Shown here piece after piece: positions 1 through 10,612 of a DNA stretch of 64,000 bases. Numbering within the stretch: position 1 is the stretch's first letter; each line of letters starts with the position of its first letter. Under the pieces are notes generated by a model that was not told the origin of the DNA, ran no database searches, and saw only the letters and a list, made by a program, of their open reading frames with translations. The stretch covers positions 8 to 64,007 of the forward strand of contig DASXYS010000219.1 of assembly GCA_036502365.1 (NCBI GenBank), written 5' to 3'. The position numbers and the translations under genes are program-made. Source of the stretch: Amycolatopsis sp. Its GTDB lineage: Bacteria; Actinomycetota; Actinomycetes; Mycobacteriales; Pseudonocardiaceae.

Positions 1-578
1 AACTCAACGCCGGCACGATCAGCCACGCGCAGGTCGCGACCAGCCGTGCCCAGGACGTGTCCTTCCTGCTGACCGAACTCACCGGCCCCCACCCGGCCTG
101 GCGCTACGCCGGCATCATCGACCCGGCGCGGATCGGCATGGCCGGCCACTCCATCGGCGGCGACGCGACCCTGGCCACCATGGCCGCGGACCGCCGGGTG
201 CTGGCCGGCGCCAACCTGGACAGCCCCATCACCCCGCCGGTGCCCGCCACCGGCCTCGGCCACCGCCCGGTCCTGCTGGTCGCGGCCGCGGACCCGAGCA
301 CCCCGGAACTCGTGCCGAGCTGGATCGCCAACTGGCCGAACCTGGACGGCTGGAAGCGGTGGCTCACGGTCGCCGGAGCCGACCACTACTCGTTCACCGA
401 TCTGGACTACCTGGTCAACCAGAGCGGCGCGCTGTCCATCCCGGACGCTCCCCGGTCGATCCCGATCACCACCGCCTACGTCGGCGCCTTCTTCCAGCGC
501 CAGCTCAACGGATTGCCCCAGCCGCTGCTCAACGGGCCCAGCGCGGCGTTCCCGGAGGTGGCCTTCACGCGCCGTTGA
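1..578 (+). CDS. alpha/beta hydrolase (PAF-acetylhydrolase/lipase-like), 5'-truncated by window edge
   Basis: GHSIGG nucleophile elbow, ANLD Asp, ADHYSFTD His motif; frame is open to the window start. Confidence 0.8.
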   Translation, partial: LNAGTISHAQVATSRAQDVSFLLTELTGPHPAWRYAGIIDPARIGMAGHSIGGDATLATMAADRRVLAGANLDSPITPPVPATGLGHRPVLLVAAADPSTPELVPSWIANWPNLDGWKRWLTVAGADHYSFTDLDYLVNQSGALSIPDAPRSIPITTAYVGAFFQRQLNGLPQPLLNGPSAAFPEVAFTRR

Positions 579-697
579 ATCGGGAGCCGGAGGTCATTCC
601 CCTCTCGTGCCAGCGCGGGGAGCTGCCCGGGACGGTCGACCACTACGGCGTACGCGACGGCCGGCCGCGACCTCGATCAGCCGAAAGCTGAGCCGAC

Positions 698-2101
698 TCA
701 GACGGCCGGCGCCGCCGGGAAGTCCATGGTGATCCGCAGCCCGCCGCCGTCCGGGAGGTCCAGCCGGAGCTCGCCGCCGGAGTGGCGGACGATCTCGCGG
801 ACGATGGCCAGGCCGAGGCCCGAGCCGGGGACGTTCTGGTGGGCGCCGCTGCGCCAGAAGCGGTCCATCGCGCGTTCCAGCTCGTCCGGGCGCAGGCCAG
901 GGCCGTGGTCGCGGACGACCAGCGTGACGAGGTCGCCTTCGCGGGCCGCCGAGACGAGCACCGACGTGCCGGGGGCGGTGAACTTGAAGGCGTTGTCCAG
1001 CAACGCATCCAGGATCACCTCGAAGCCGCGCGGCGGGACGAGCACCCGCACGCCGGCGGCGTCGCCGGTCGTCTCCAGCGTGACGTCGCGCGCCGCGCCG
1101 ACCACCGTCCAGTCCGCGACGCGGTCGGCCACCACCGCGCCGAGGTCCGTGGCCACCAGCTCGCCGCCCGCGGCCTCCGCGCGGGCCATCGAAAGCAGCT
1201 CGTCGAGGATCTGGTGCAGCCGACCGGCGTCGACGCGGGCGGCGTCGAGGTCGGCGGCCGCGGCGTCGTCGCCGAGCTGGCCCTCGAGGTTGCCGAGGCG
1301 GATCTTCAACGCTGTCAACGGGTTCCGAAGCTGGTGTGAGGCGTCCGCGACGAACGCGCGCTGCGCGGCCAGCGCTTCCGAGACGCTCGCGGCCATCCGG
1401 TCGAACGACCGCCCGAGCTGGCGCAGCTCCGGCGGGCCGCCGCTCTCCCCCACCGGCTCCGCCGTCCGGCCGCTGACCACCGACGCCACGAGCGCGCCGG
1501 TCGCCTCGTCGAGCCGCCGCACCGGCCGCAGCGTCCAGCGCACCACCGGCAGGGCCACCAGCAGCGCCAGCCCGAACGCGACCACCGCGCCCGCCGCCAG
1601 CACCAGCCACTGCCACAACAGCTCCGTGCGCACGTGCTCGGTGGACGACTCCGTGACGACGGCGCCGCGCACCTCCCCGTCGATGAGGATCGGCTCGGCC
1701 AGCACCAGCGGCGCGGTCTCCCACGGCAGCAGCATCGAGCCGGGCAGCGGGTGCCGCCCGGCGAGCGCCTCGTTCGCCGGGCCTTCGATCGCGCGCGAGT
1801 CGATCCGCTCCGCGTCGGTGCCGCCGAGCGAGCTGAGCACGGCGACGTTGTCCTGGTTCACGACCACGACCTGCACGCCGTACACCTCGGTGTAGCGGCG
1901 CAGCTCCGGCTCCAGCAGCCCGGGCTGGTTGTTCAGCAGCGGGCGTTGCGCGAGCGACGCGAACCGCGCGGTGTCGGTCAGCCGGTCCAGGAAGAGGTCC
2001 TGCTGCTTGCTGCCCGCCATGCTCAGCGCGAGCGGGATGCCCAGGCCGAACACCAGCAGCGCGACGAGCGTGACCACGATCCCCTGGAGGCGGACGCGCA
2101 C
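698..2101 (-). CDS. gluK: membrane sensor histidine kinase (GluK-like)
   Basis: Two TM segments, HAMP, H-box FVADASHQLRNPL, N-box LLDNAFKF, G-boxes DHGPG and GSGLGL; divergent from gluABCD as in Streptomyces. Confidence 0.85.
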   Translation of the reverse strand: MRVRLQGIVVTLVALLVFGLGIPLALSMAGSKQQDLFLDRLTDTARFASLAQRPLLNNQPGLLEPELRRYTEVYGVQVVVVNQDNVAVLSSLGGTDAERIDSRAIEGPANEALAGRHPLPGSMLLPWETAPLVLAEPILIDGEVRGAVVTESSTEHVRTELLWQWLVLAAGAVVAFGLALLVALPVVRWTLRPVRRLDEATGALVASVVSGRTAEPVGESGGPPELRQLGRSFDRMAASVSEALAAQRAFVADASHQLRNPLTALKIRLGNLEGQLGDDAAAADLDAARVDAGRLHQILDELLSMARAEAAGGELVATDLGAVVADRVADWTVVGAARDVTLETTGDAAGVRVLVPPRGFEVILDALLDNAFKFTAPGTSVLVSAAREGDLVTLVVRDHGPGLRPDELERAMDRFWRSGAHQNVPGSGLGLAIVREIVRHSGGELRLDLPDGGGLRITMDFPAAPAV

Positions 2102-2104
2102 GGC

Positions 2105-2776
2105 TCAGCCCCGCCCGCCGAGGCGGTAGCCGACGCCGCGGACGGTCTCGATCAAGGCCGGGCGGCCCAGCTTCGTGCGCAGCGTGGCCACGTGCACGTC
2201 GAGCGAGCGGCTCTCCGCCGCGCCCCGGTGGCCCCACACCTCGGTGAGCACGTGGTCGCGCGAGCACACCGTGCCGCGCGCGCCCGCCACCAGTGCGAGC
2301 ACCTGGAACTCCTTGCGGGACAGGGCGATCGACTGCCCGTCCACGAGCACCTCGTGCCGTGCCAGGTCGATCCGGACGTCGCCGACCTCGATCACCGGCG
2401 ACGGCCCGGGCGCGCCGGCCCGCTCGACGCGGCGGCGCCGCACGGCCTCCACGCGCGCCAGCAGCTCCTCGACGTCGTAGGGCTTCACCAGGTAGTCGTC
2501 GGCGCCGGCGCGCAGGCCCTGCACCCGGTCGTCGACCTCGCCGCGGGCCGACACCACGATCACCGCGACGTCGCTGACCGCGCGGATCTGGCGGCACAGC
2601 ACCACGCCGTCGACGTCGGGCAGCCCAAGGTCGAGCAGGACCACGTCCACCTCGTGCACCCGGTCGAGCACCCCGGCCCCGGACGCCAGCCGTTGCATCG
2701 CCAGCCCGCGCCGGGTCAGCGCGGGCACGAGGGCGCCCGCGACCCGGTCGTCGTCCTCCACCAGCAGCACCCGCAC
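2105..2776 (-). CDS. gluR: OmpR-family response regulator (GluR-like)
   Basis: LLVEDD, LLDLGLPD, GADDYLVKP, ETVRGVGY winged helix. Confidence 0.88.
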   Translation of the reverse strand: MRVLLVEDDDRVAGALVPALTRRGLAMQRLASGAGVLDRVHEVDVVLLDLGLPDVDGVVLCRQIRAVSDVAVIVVSARGEVDDRVQGLRAGADDYLVKPYDVEELLARVEAVRRRRVERAGAPGPSPVIEVGDVRIDLARHEVLVDGQSIALSRKEFQVLALVAGARGTVCSRDHVLTEVWGHRGAAESRSLDVHVATLRTKLGRPALIETVRGVGYRLGGRG

Positions 2777-3097
2777 CGCTCGCCTCCCCGGTGATCCAGC
2801 CCACGGTAGCCGGGAACTCTAGGGGCCGACCACGCGCGAGCGCGAAACGCCTGCCGCGAACTACCCTGGGTGACACGCCGGTGCCGATCCGGCCGGGCGG
2901 CGGCCGTCGTTTTGGCTAGGCTGAGCAGCGCCGGACGGACCCGGGCCCTCGCCGAGCGGGGCGGCGAGCCGATACGTACTTGAAACCCTAAGTATTGCTC
3001 AAGCCGCCTTTACAAAGGGTCCGACGGGAGTAGGTTTCCGCCATCAACGTGGGATCTGCGTCCCGCAGCAGCAGGTACGAGGAGCTCTGGAGGCCAG

Positions 3098-3850
3098 ATG
3101 ACCACGGAGGTGGCGGCGCCGATGATCAAGGCGGCCGCCGTGAACAAGTACTTCGGCGACCTGCACGTGCTCAAGGAGATCACCCTCGAGGTCCCGCGCG
3201 GCCAGGTCGTGGTGGTGCTGGGGCCGTCCGGGTCGGGCAAGTCGACGCTGTGCCGCGCGATCAACCGGCTGGAGCCGATCAACTCCGGTGAGATCGCGGT
3301 GGACGGCGTCGCGCTGCCGGCCGAGGGCAAGGCGCTGGCCGCATTGCGCGCCGACGTCGGCATGGTGTTCCAGTCGTTCAACCTCTTCGCGCACAAGACG
3401 ATCGTCGAGAACGTCATGCTCGCGCCGGTGAAGGTGCGCAAGACCGCCGGCGCCGAGGCGCGCAAGACCGCGATGGAACTGCTGGAGCGGGTCGGCATCG
3501 CCAACCAGGCCGACAAGTACCCGGCGCAGCTGTCGGGCGGCCAGCAGCAGCGCGTGGCGATCGCCCGCGCGCTCGCGATGCGCCCGAAGGTGATGCTGTT
3601 CGACGAGCCGACCTCGGCACTGGACCCGGAAATGGTCCAGGAGGTGCTCGACGTGATGACCGGCCTGGCCAAGGACGGCATGACGATGCTCGTGGTCACC
3701 CACGAAATGGGCTTCGCGCGCCGGGCCGCCGACCGCGTCATCTTCATGGCGGACGGCGAGATCGTCGAGGACACCACGCCGGAGGAGTTCTTCACCAAGC
3801 CCAAGAGCGACCGGGCGAAGGACTTCCTGGGCAAGATCCTCACCCACTGA
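3098..3850 (+). CDS. gluA: glutamate ABC transporter ATP-binding protein
   Basis: GPSGSGKST Walker A, LSGGQQQR signature, [11 protein letters not shown]. Confidence 0.92.
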   Translation: MTTEVAAPMIKAAAVNKYFGDLHVLKEITLEVPRGQVVVVLGPSGSGKSTLCRAINRLEPINSGEIAVDGVALPAEGKALAALRADVGMVFQSFNLFAHKTIVENVMLAPVKVRKTAGAEARKTAMELLERVGIANQADKYPAQLSGGQQQRVAIARALAMRPKVMLFDEPTSALDPEMVQEVLDVMTGLAKDGMTMLVVTHEMGFARRAADRVIFMADGEIVEDTTPEEFFTKPKSDRAKDFLGKILTH

Positions 3851-3995
3851 AGCCGGCCGCGCCCACGGTGTTCCCCGGGCGCGGGCCGAATCCACCGGAC
3901 CGACGGACCACTGACCAACCGGCGCCTTCACCGGCCCGGCCCCGGAGCGGCAGCGACCCTGGCCGTACCGACGACAGATAACAGGAGACACTCAG

Positions 3996-4907
3996 ATGAG
4001 GATCCGCACCCTCGCGGTGGGCCTGCTCGCCGGCAGCCTGCTGCTCACGGCCTGCGGCAAGGCGGGCACCCCGGCGAGCCCCGGCGGCGACGCCAGCGGC
4101 ACGAACACGGCCGCCCTGCCGACCTACACCGTCGCGCAGAACGTCGACCTGGCGGGCTCGCCGGTGTTCAGCAAGATCAAGTCCGCGGGCAGCATCACCA
4201 TCGGGGTCAAGGACGACCAGCCGGGCCTCGGCCTGAAGGACCCGACCACGGGCAAGTTCGGCGGCTTCGACATCGAGATCGCCCGGATGGTGGCCGCGGG
4301 CCTCGGCTTCAGCGAGGACAAGATCAAGTACACGACGGTCGACTCGGCCGCGCGTGAGCAGGCGATCTCCAACGGGCAGGTCGACCTCTACGTCGGCACC
4401 TACACGATCACCGACAAGCGCAAGGCGCTGGTCTCCTTCGCCGGCCCGTACTTCCAGGCCGGCCAGGGCCTGCTGGTGCGCGCCGACGACAACACGATCA
4501 CCGGCCCGCAGACGCTGAAGGGCAAGAAGGTCTGCTCGGTCACCGGGTCGACCCCGATCCAGCGGGTCCGCGACCAGGGCCTGACCGAGCCGGGCAACAT
4601 CGTCGAGTTCCAGAAGTACTCGCAGTGCATCGACAAGCTGCTGAGCAAGGACGTCGACGCCGTCACCACCGACGACGCGATCCTCAAGGGCTACGCCTCC
4701 CAGGACAAGACCATGAAGGTCGTCGGCGAGCCGTTCTCGAAGGAGCCCTACGGCATCGGCCTGAACAAGAACGACAAGGTGCTGCGGGACAAGATCGACG
4801 ACCTGCTGCAGGCCAGCCTGGACGACGGCACCTGGCAGAAGATCTACGACGCCACCCTCGGCAAGTCCGGCGCGACCGCGACCAAGCCGACGATCGTCAA
4901 GTACTGA
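3996..4907 (+). CDS. gluB: glutamate ABC transporter substrate-binding lipoprotein
   Basis: Lipobox LTAC; IGVKDDQPG, GFDIEIA, TYTITDKR (SBP family 3); AGGAG RBS. Confidence 0.92.
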   Translation: MRIRTLAVGLLAGSLLLTACGKAGTPASPGGDASGTNTAALPTYTVAQNVDLAGSPVFSKIKSAGSITIGVKDDQPGLGLKDPTTGKFGGFDIEIARMVAAGLGFSEDKIKYTTVDSAAREQAISNGQVDLYVGTYTITDKRKALVSFAGPYFQAGQGLLVRADDNTITGPQTLKGKKVCSVTGSTPIQRVRDQGLTEPGNIVEFQKYSQCIDKLLSKDVDAVTTDDAILKGYASQDKTMKVVGEPFSKEPYGIGLNKNDKVLRDKIDDLLQASLDDGTWQKIYDATLGKSGATATKPTIVKY

Positions 4908-4913
4908 CCCGGT

Positions 4914-4954
4914 AAGCGGCCGGTGGACGGGAACCTCCCGGCCACCGGCCGCTT
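4914..4954 (+). terminator. intergenic stem-loop after gluB (mRNA stabiliser or partial terminator)
   Basis: 13-bp inverted repeat AAGCGGCCGGTGG...CCACCGGCCGCTT. Confidence 0.65.
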
Positions 4955-4992
4955 GACATCCACCACCAGCCCACGGACGCGGGGAAGGGCCC

Positions 4993-5640
4993 ATGGACGT
5001 CCTGCTCAACAATCTGGACCTGTTCGGTCCGTTCTTCCTCACCACGATCGAGCTGTTCGCGCTCGCCGCGGTCGGCAGCCTGGTCTTCGGCACGATCCTG
5101 GCGATGCTGCGGGTGAGCCCGGTCCCGGTGTTCCGCGCGATCGGCACGACCTACGTGACGATCGTCCGCAACACACCGCTGACCCTGGTGTTCGCCTTCT
5201 TCGTCTTCGCCTACCCGCTGCTGAACATCGTCAAGATCGACTACTTCCCGGCGGCCGTGGTCTCGCTGACGGTGTACACCTCGGCGTTCATCTGCGAGGT
5301 CGTGCGCTCGGGCATCAACACGGTGCCGGTCGGCCAGGCCGAGGCGGGCCGCGCGCTCGGCCTCAACTTCGGCCAGATCCTCGGCCAGGTGGTGCTGCCG
5401 CAGGCTTTGCGGTCGGTGGTGCCGCCGCTGATCAGCACGCTGATCGCGCTGCTGAAGAACAGCACGATCGCCGGCGGGTTCTCCGTCGCCGAGGCCGGCG
5501 CGATCCGGCAGTACATCTCCGAGCGCGGTGACAACCAGATGGTCGCCCTGCTGTGGGTGGCGCTCGGCTTCATCATCCTGGTCTCCGTGCTGTCGTTCGT
5601 GCAGCGCAGTCTCGAGAAGCGCTGGAGCGTGGCCCGATGA
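4993..5640 (+). CDS. gluC: glutamate ABC transporter permease
   Basis: RNTPL, EVVRSGINTVPVGQAEAGRALG (EAA loop), VLPQA. Confidence 0.9.
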   Translation: MDVLLNNLDLFGPFFLTTIELFALAAVGSLVFGTILAMLRVSPVPVFRAIGTTYVTIVRNTPLTLVFAFFVFAYPLLNIVKIDYFPAAVVSLTVYTSAFICEVVRSGINTVPVGQAEAGRALGLNFGQILGQVVLPQALRSVVPPLISTLIALLKNSTIAGGFSVAEAGAIRQYISERGDNQMVALLWVALGFIILVSVLSFVQRSLEKRWSVAR

Positions 5641-6539
5641 ACAACGTCCTGTTCGACGTCCCCGGGCCGAAGTCGCGGATGCGGCACCGGCTGTACGCGG
5701 CGATCGGCATCCTCGTGGTGCTGGCGCTGATCGCGTTCGTCGCCTACAGCTTCTACGACAGCGGGCAGTTCACCGCCCAGAAGTGGGAGTGGCTGCAGTA
5801 CACGCAGGTCCAGTCGGACCTCGCGAACGCGGTGGTGGCGACCCTCGAGGCGTTCGCGCTGGGCGCGGTGTTCGCGCTGATCTTCGGCGCGGTCTTCGCG
5901 GCCGGGCGGCTGTCCGACCACGCCTGGATCCGCGGCATCTCCACGGCGATCGTCGAGTTCTTCCGCGCGATCCCGTTGCTGATCCTGATGTTCCTGTTCT
6001 ACTACGGCCTGCCGACGCTGGGCTTCGACACTTCGCCGCTGTTCGCCGTGGTGCTCGGCCTGACGCTGTACAACGGCTCGGTGCTCGCGGAGATCTTCCG
6101 CGCGGGCGTCAACTCGCTCCCGAGGGGGCAGGCCGAAGCGGCGTACGCGCTGGGCATGCGCAAGACCCAGGTGATGTTCACGGTCCTGCTGCCGCAGGCG
6201 ATCCGCGCGATGCTGCCGACGATCATCAGCCAGCTGGTGGTGCTGCTGAAGGACACCGCGCTCGGCTTCCTGGTGACCTACCCGGAGCTGCTCTACTACG
6301 CGCGCTACATCGGCTCGCAGGGGGCGTTCGGCCGGCCGATCGTGCCGTCGACCATCGTGGCGGCCGCGATCTACATCGTCATGTGCCTACTGCTGACGGC
6401 ACTCGCGACGTACCTGGAGCGGCGCAACCGGCGGAGCAAGAAGCACATCGAGCCCACGGACCGGAAGGCCGAGCAGATCATGCTCGGCAACGCCGCCGGC
6501 GGCGGCGGGGTCCTCGGCGGGGGCATCTCGGGCACCTAG
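5637..6539 (+). CDS. gluD: glutamate ABC transporter permease
   Basis: ATGA overlap with gluC stop; VLFDVPGP start; EIFRAGVNSLPRGQAEAAYALG. Confidence 0.9.
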   Translation: MNNVLFDVPGPKSRMRHRLYAAIGILVVLALIAFVAYSFYDSGQFTAQKWEWLQYTQVQSDLANAVVATLEAFALGAVFALIFGAVFAAGRLSDHAWIRGISTAIVEFFRAIPLLILMFLFYYGLPTLGFDTSPLFAVVLGLTLYNGSVLAEIFRAGVNSLPRGQAEAAYALGMRKTQVMFTVLLPQAIRAMLPTIISQLVVLLKDTALGFLVTYPELLYYARYIGSQGAFGRPIVPSTIVAAAIYIVMCLLLTALATYLERRNRRSKKHIEPTDRKAEQIMLGNAAGGGGVLGGGISGT

Positions 6540-6561
6540 AGCTGCGTCCACGATCGTTTCG

Positions 6562-6596
6562 AGAAGTCCCCGGTGGTTCGTCCACCGGGGGCTTCT
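6562..6596 (+). terminator. intrinsic terminator of gluABCD
   Basis: AGAAGTCCCCGGTGG-TTCGT-CCACCGGGGGCTTCT hairpin just after the gluD stop. Confidence 0.75.
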
Positions 6597-6672
6597 TCCG
6601 TCTCGGCCCTGTCGCGCCCGGGTGGTGATGGCTAACGTCGGCGTCGCGGATCCCGAGCCGCGAGGAGCTGTT

Positions 6673-7392
6673 GTGGCCAACCAATACGAAGTGCTCAACG
6701 CGCGCTACGAAGAGGTCAAGCGGATCCCCATCGGGCTCGCGGAAACGGCCACCGTGCTGGCCGCCGTCGGGGACCCGGCCCGCCGCTCGGTACTGGACGT
6801 CGGCTGCGGCACCGGCTTCTACCCCCGGCTGTTCCGCTCCGCCGGCGCCTCGCGGGTCTTCGGCGTCGACGCGGCGCGCGCGATGGTCGGGTACGCCCAG
6901 CGCCAGGAGGAGCGCGATCCGCTGGGCATCTCGTACGAGGTGCACGACGCGTTGGCGCTGCCGATGATCGGCGCGTTCGACGTGGTCACCGCCGTCTGGC
7001 TGATCGGTTACGCGCCGGGTGCCGCCGCGCTGGACACCATGCTGGCCGGCCTGGCGGCGAACGTCCGGGCCGGCGGGCGGCTGGTCCTCCTGCACCCCAA
7101 CCCGGAGGCCGACTGGGCTGTCCTGGCGGACTACGCGCGCTACGGCCTGACCGTGACCCGGCACGACGTCGTCGACGGCCGCACGCGCGCGACGGTCCAC
7201 GTGGCGACCACGCCGCCGTTCGAGTTCGAGTCGTTCTTCTGGCCGCCCGGCGTGGTGGAGGCGGCGCTGGCCCGGGCGGGGCTGAGCACCATCCACCGGC
7301 AGGCCGTCGTAACCCCTTCCGGGGACGAGGACTTTTGGCGTCCGCTGCGCGAAAACCCGACCTTCGCGGTGCTGACGGCCACGCGTCCCTAA
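6673..7392 (+). CDS. class I SAM-dependent methyltransferase
   Basis: VLDVGCGTG motif I, FDVVTAVWL; GTG start after AGGAG. Confidence 0.85.
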   Translation: MANQYEVLNARYEEVKRIPIGLAETATVLAAVGDPARRSVLDVGCGTGFYPRLFRSAGASRVFGVDAARAMVGYAQRQEERDPLGISYEVHDALALPMIGAFDVVTAVWLIGYAPGAAALDTMLAGLAANVRAGGRLVLLHPNPEADWAVLADYARYGLTVTRHDVVDGRTRATVHVATTPPFEFESFFWPPGVVEAALARAGLSTIHRQAVVTPSGDEDFWRPLRENPTFAVLTATRP

Positions 7393-7396
7393 GCGA

Positions 7397-8083
7397 TCAG
7401 GTCACCTGATCGGTCTCCTTGTGGGCCACCAGAATCCCGAGCACTCCCAGCAGCACGACCAGCGCCAGCAGCAACGCCACCCACATCGTGACGTGCAGTT
7501 GCAGGAGGCCGCCGGCGAAGGCGCCCAGCAGCATGGCCGCGACGGCCGCCAGCTGGCGCACCGGGCGGGCCCCCTTGCCGCCCGCGGCCTTGGAGTCGGC
7601 GGCCAGGCCGGTGAGGGTGCGGGTGAGCACGGTGGTCGTCAGGTCCGGGATGTCGATGCGGCGCACGGCGGCGTTCTGCAAGCCCATCGCCAGGCCGAGC
7701 ACGACGATCAGCAGCTCGCTGCCCAGCCGCCCGCCCGCGCCGAGCGTCGCCGCGAGGACGACGGACACGGCCACCAGCGCCGTCTGCACCAGGGTCGAGT
7801 CCCGCAGCAGGCGGTGCCCGCGGTCGTCGACGCGGCTGATCAGCCGTCCGCCGGCCAGCGCGCCGAGCAGGAACGCCAGCACCGCGGTCACCGAGGCGAC
7901 CACCGAAAGCGACGCCTCGCCCGCCGCGGCGAAGCCCAGGAAGACGACGTTGCCCGTCATGTTCGCGACGAACACCCGCCCCAGCCCCAGAAAACTCACG
8001 GCGTCGACGACCCCGGTGACAAACGTCAGCGTCAGCAGCAGCCAGACGAGGTCCCGCGGCGGGGGCGGCTTCGAAGCAGTCAC
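7397..8083 (-). CDS. YoaK/DUF1275 membrane protein
   Basis: TGVVDAVSFLGLG, FVANMTGN, AMGLQNA, TTTVLT motifs; start position estimated. Confidence 0.85.
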   Translation of the reverse strand: MTASKPPPPRDLVWLLLTLTFVTGVVDAVSFLGLGRVFVANMTGNVVFLGFAAAGEASLSVVASVTAVLAFLLGALAGGRLISRVDDRGHRLLRDSTLVQTALVAVSVVLAATLGAGGRLGSELLIVVLGLAMGLQNAAVRRIDIPDLTTTVLTRTLTGLAADSKAAGGKGARPVRQLAAVAAMLLGAFAGGLLQLHVTMWVALLLALVVLLGVLGILVAHKETDQVT

Positions 8084-8129
8084 CCCAGCAGTACAGCACC
8101 AACCGCCGCGGCCCACCCGGCGAAATCGG

Positions 8130-9176
8130 TCACGGTCCTTCGGCGGCCAGCGCGGCCGAGACGGCCCGGGTCCGCGCCGGGCGGCCCAGCACATCGGTGC
8201 TGTCCACCCACTGGTCCACCGCGCCGACGCTCCCCGGCGCGAGCGCGTCGGCGAACCGGCCGGCGTCCAGCACCCGGAACGGGCGGCTGTGGAAACCCCG
8301 GGCACCCGGGTCGAGCGGCTTCGTCAGGCCCAGGTCGTTGTGTTGCGCCGCAACGGTTTCGTACGCGACCACCAGGAAGCCCTCCCGCTCACGCCACGTC
8401 TTCGCGGCCAGCGCGCCGGTGAGCGCGGGCGTCAGTTCAGACGCTCCGGGCAGGCGGGCGAACGCGCTGCCCAGCCATTTGCCGTACGGCGGGTATCGCC
8501 GGGCCATCAGCAGGCACAGCCGCATGAGGTCGCGCACGAGCCGGGCGGCCACCACGGCCGAGCCCAGTTCGTCCCCGGCCTCGCCGCAACGGCCGACAAA
8601 CGCCTCCTCCTGCGCGATCCGCCGCCACTGCACGGAAAGCACCGCACGCCAGACGTCGCCGGGGTACCAGCCCAGCCGGCGGCGCGCGGGACCGAGCCGG
8701 CCGAGCCCGTCGTGGAAGACGGCGCCACCGGTCACCTCCGCGAGTGCCTGCGTGGGCGTGGCCAGCCAGTCGGCGCGGGTGATGCCGTGCAGCGGGTCGA
8801 AGCCGAGGCGCCCGGACAGCCAGCCGCCCAGCTCGGTGACGACGACGCCGTGCCGGAGCGGCCCGTCGGCCGGCGCCATCCGACGGGTCGGGTCGCCCTC
8901 GTTGTCCACGAAGTGCGTGGAGTAGCCCAGGAATTCGCGTGGCAGCTCACAGGCCAGCAGGTCGTCGAGCTCCGGCTCGGGCTCCTGCGGGAACAGCAGC
9001 AGCCGCGGTCCCCAGTCGTGGTCGGTGGACCGGGCGCTGTCAAAGCCGAGCACCTCCGAGCCGGGCCCGATCAACGCCGCCGAGTGCACCAGGCCGGGAC
9101 GGTGCCGATCCAGCACCGGCCGGACCGCCTCGGCGTAGAAGCGCCGCGACAGTTCGAGCCCTGGGATGAAATCCAC
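8130..9176 (-). CDS. DUF4037 nucleotidyltransferase-like protein
   Basis: GPGSEVLGFD...STDHDWGPR, YPPYGKWLG. Confidence 0.8.
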   Translation of the reverse strand: MDFIPGLELSRRFYAEAVRPVLDRHRPGLVHSAALIGPGSEVLGFDSARSTDHDWGPRLLLFPQEPEPELDDLLACELPREFLGYSTHFVDNEGDPTRRMAPADGPLRHGVVVTELGGWLSGRLGFDPLHGITRADWLATPTQALAEVTGGAVFHDGLGRLGPARRRLGWYPGDVWRAVLSVQWRRIAQEEAFVGRCGEAGDELGSAVVAARLVRDLMRLCLLMARRYPPYGKWLGSAFARLPGASELTPALTGALAAKTWREREGFLVVAYETVAAQHNDLGLTKPLDPGARGFHSRPFRVLDAGRFADALAPGSVGAVDQWVDSTDVLGRPARTRAVSAALAAEGP

Positions 9177-9315
9177 GGCGCCCAGTCTGTCGATCCGGAT
9201 ACCCGCGCCGCGACCGGATTTCCCGATCCGGCCAAAGGCAGGCGGACACACGGCGACGGCCCGTGCGCGGCCGATTCGCCGTGACTGTGGCCGGATCGGG
9301 GAACGAACAGCACAG

Positions 9316-10434
9316 TCAGTCCGTCACGAGCCGTCCTTGCTGCCAGACCGCACGGACACGACCCGCGAAGTCCGTCACGTCCACCTCCGGTCCGTGCAGC
9401 AGCACGAGGTCCGCGCGCAGCCCCGGTTCGATCCGGCCGCGGTCGTCGAGGCGCAGCAAGCGGGCCGCTTCGCTCGTGGCCGCGCGCACTGCGCCGGCCG
9501 GGCCGAGGCCGGCTTCGGACAGCAGCCGTAGCTCCGTCGTCAAGTCGACATGGGGCCGGGGCGCAAGATCGGAGCCTGCCGCGATCGGGATGCCCGCCGC
9601 ACGGGCCAGCTCCAGCGAACGCCGGTGCGCACGGCGCGCGTCCGGGTCGCCATCAAGAGGCGCAAGAGTGGGCACGTACCAGCAGCCGCTCTCGCGCATC
9701 GCCGCTACTGCGGCTTCGTCGAGGAACACCCCGTGCTCGATGCTGCGCACCCCGGCCCGAGCGGCGGCCGCGGCCGAACGCGCGGTGTGCGCGTGCGCCA
9801 TCACGTCACGTCCGCAGCGGCCGGCCTCGTCCACCACGGCGTGCAGCTCCGCGTCGGTCGGCTCGACGCTGCGACCTTCGCGGATCGAGGCCATCGCGCC
9901 GCTCGCGCCGAGCTTGATCCAGTCCGCGCCGGCCCGCACCATGCGCCGCACCGCCGCGCGCGCCTCGTCCGGCCCGTCGAACACGCTGTCCGGCAACGAC
10001 GGGTCCGCGATCCGGTCTTCGCGCCCGGAATCGGCGTCCCACCAGTCGCCGAGCCCACCGGTCGGCGACAGCTGCCGCAGGCTGAGGAGCAGGTCCGGGC
10101 CGGTGATCCAGCCCTCGCGCAGCGCGTGCCGGAAGCCGGCGTCCGCTCCCCACGCGTCGCGCACGGTCGTCACCCCGCGGGCCAGCAGTCCACTGAGGAC
10201 GGAAACGGCCTCGAGCACCCTGGCGCTGCGCGGCAGCGGGTCCGGGCCGGGGAACGCGACGTGCGCGTGACAGTCGATCAAGCCGGGCAGCAGCAGCCCG
10301 CCGTTGCCGGCAAAAGGATCCGGGCCGTCCACATCGGATCCGACGGCCTGGATCACCCCATCGAGGACGAGCACGTTCGCGAGATCGGTCACACCGCGTT
10401 CAACGTCCATTACGGACACGTTCGTAATGAGCAC
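9316..10434 (-). CDS. metal-dependent amidohydrolase (prolidase-like)
   Basis: PGLIDCHAH, GADWIK, AHAH, SIEHG, GSD, GLRADLV. Confidence 0.88.
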   Translation of the reverse strand: MLITNVSVMDVERGVTDLANVLVLDGVIQAVGSDVDGPDPFAGNGGLLLPGLIDCHAHVAFPGPDPLPRSARVLEAVSVLSGLLARGVTTVRDAWGADAGFRHALREGWITGPDLLLSLRQLSPTGGLGDWWDADSGREDRIADPSLPDSVFDGPDEARAAVRRMVRAGADWIKLGASGAMASIREGRSVEPTDAELHAVVDEAGRCGRDVMAHAHTARSAAAAARAGVRSIEHGVFLDEAAVAAMRESGCWYVPTLAPLDGDPDARRAHRRSLELARAAGIPIAAGSDLAPRPHVDLTTELRLLSEAGLGPAGAVRAATSEAARLLRLDDRGRIEPGLRADLVLLHGPEVDVTDFAGRVRAVWQQGRLVTD

Positions 10435-10612
10435 GCACCCACCTTAACGAAACATCAAGTAAAGGCGAGACCTCCTCGCATCCCTTCACATTTGCCCTGC
10501 TCGTAGGTTTTTTTCCACCCAGGTCGTGCATTTCGGTGCGGTGGCTGCAATACTCACCGCAGGCCGTTGATCATGAACGGCCGCTACTGGGAGATCTGGG
10601 GAAAGAGAGAAC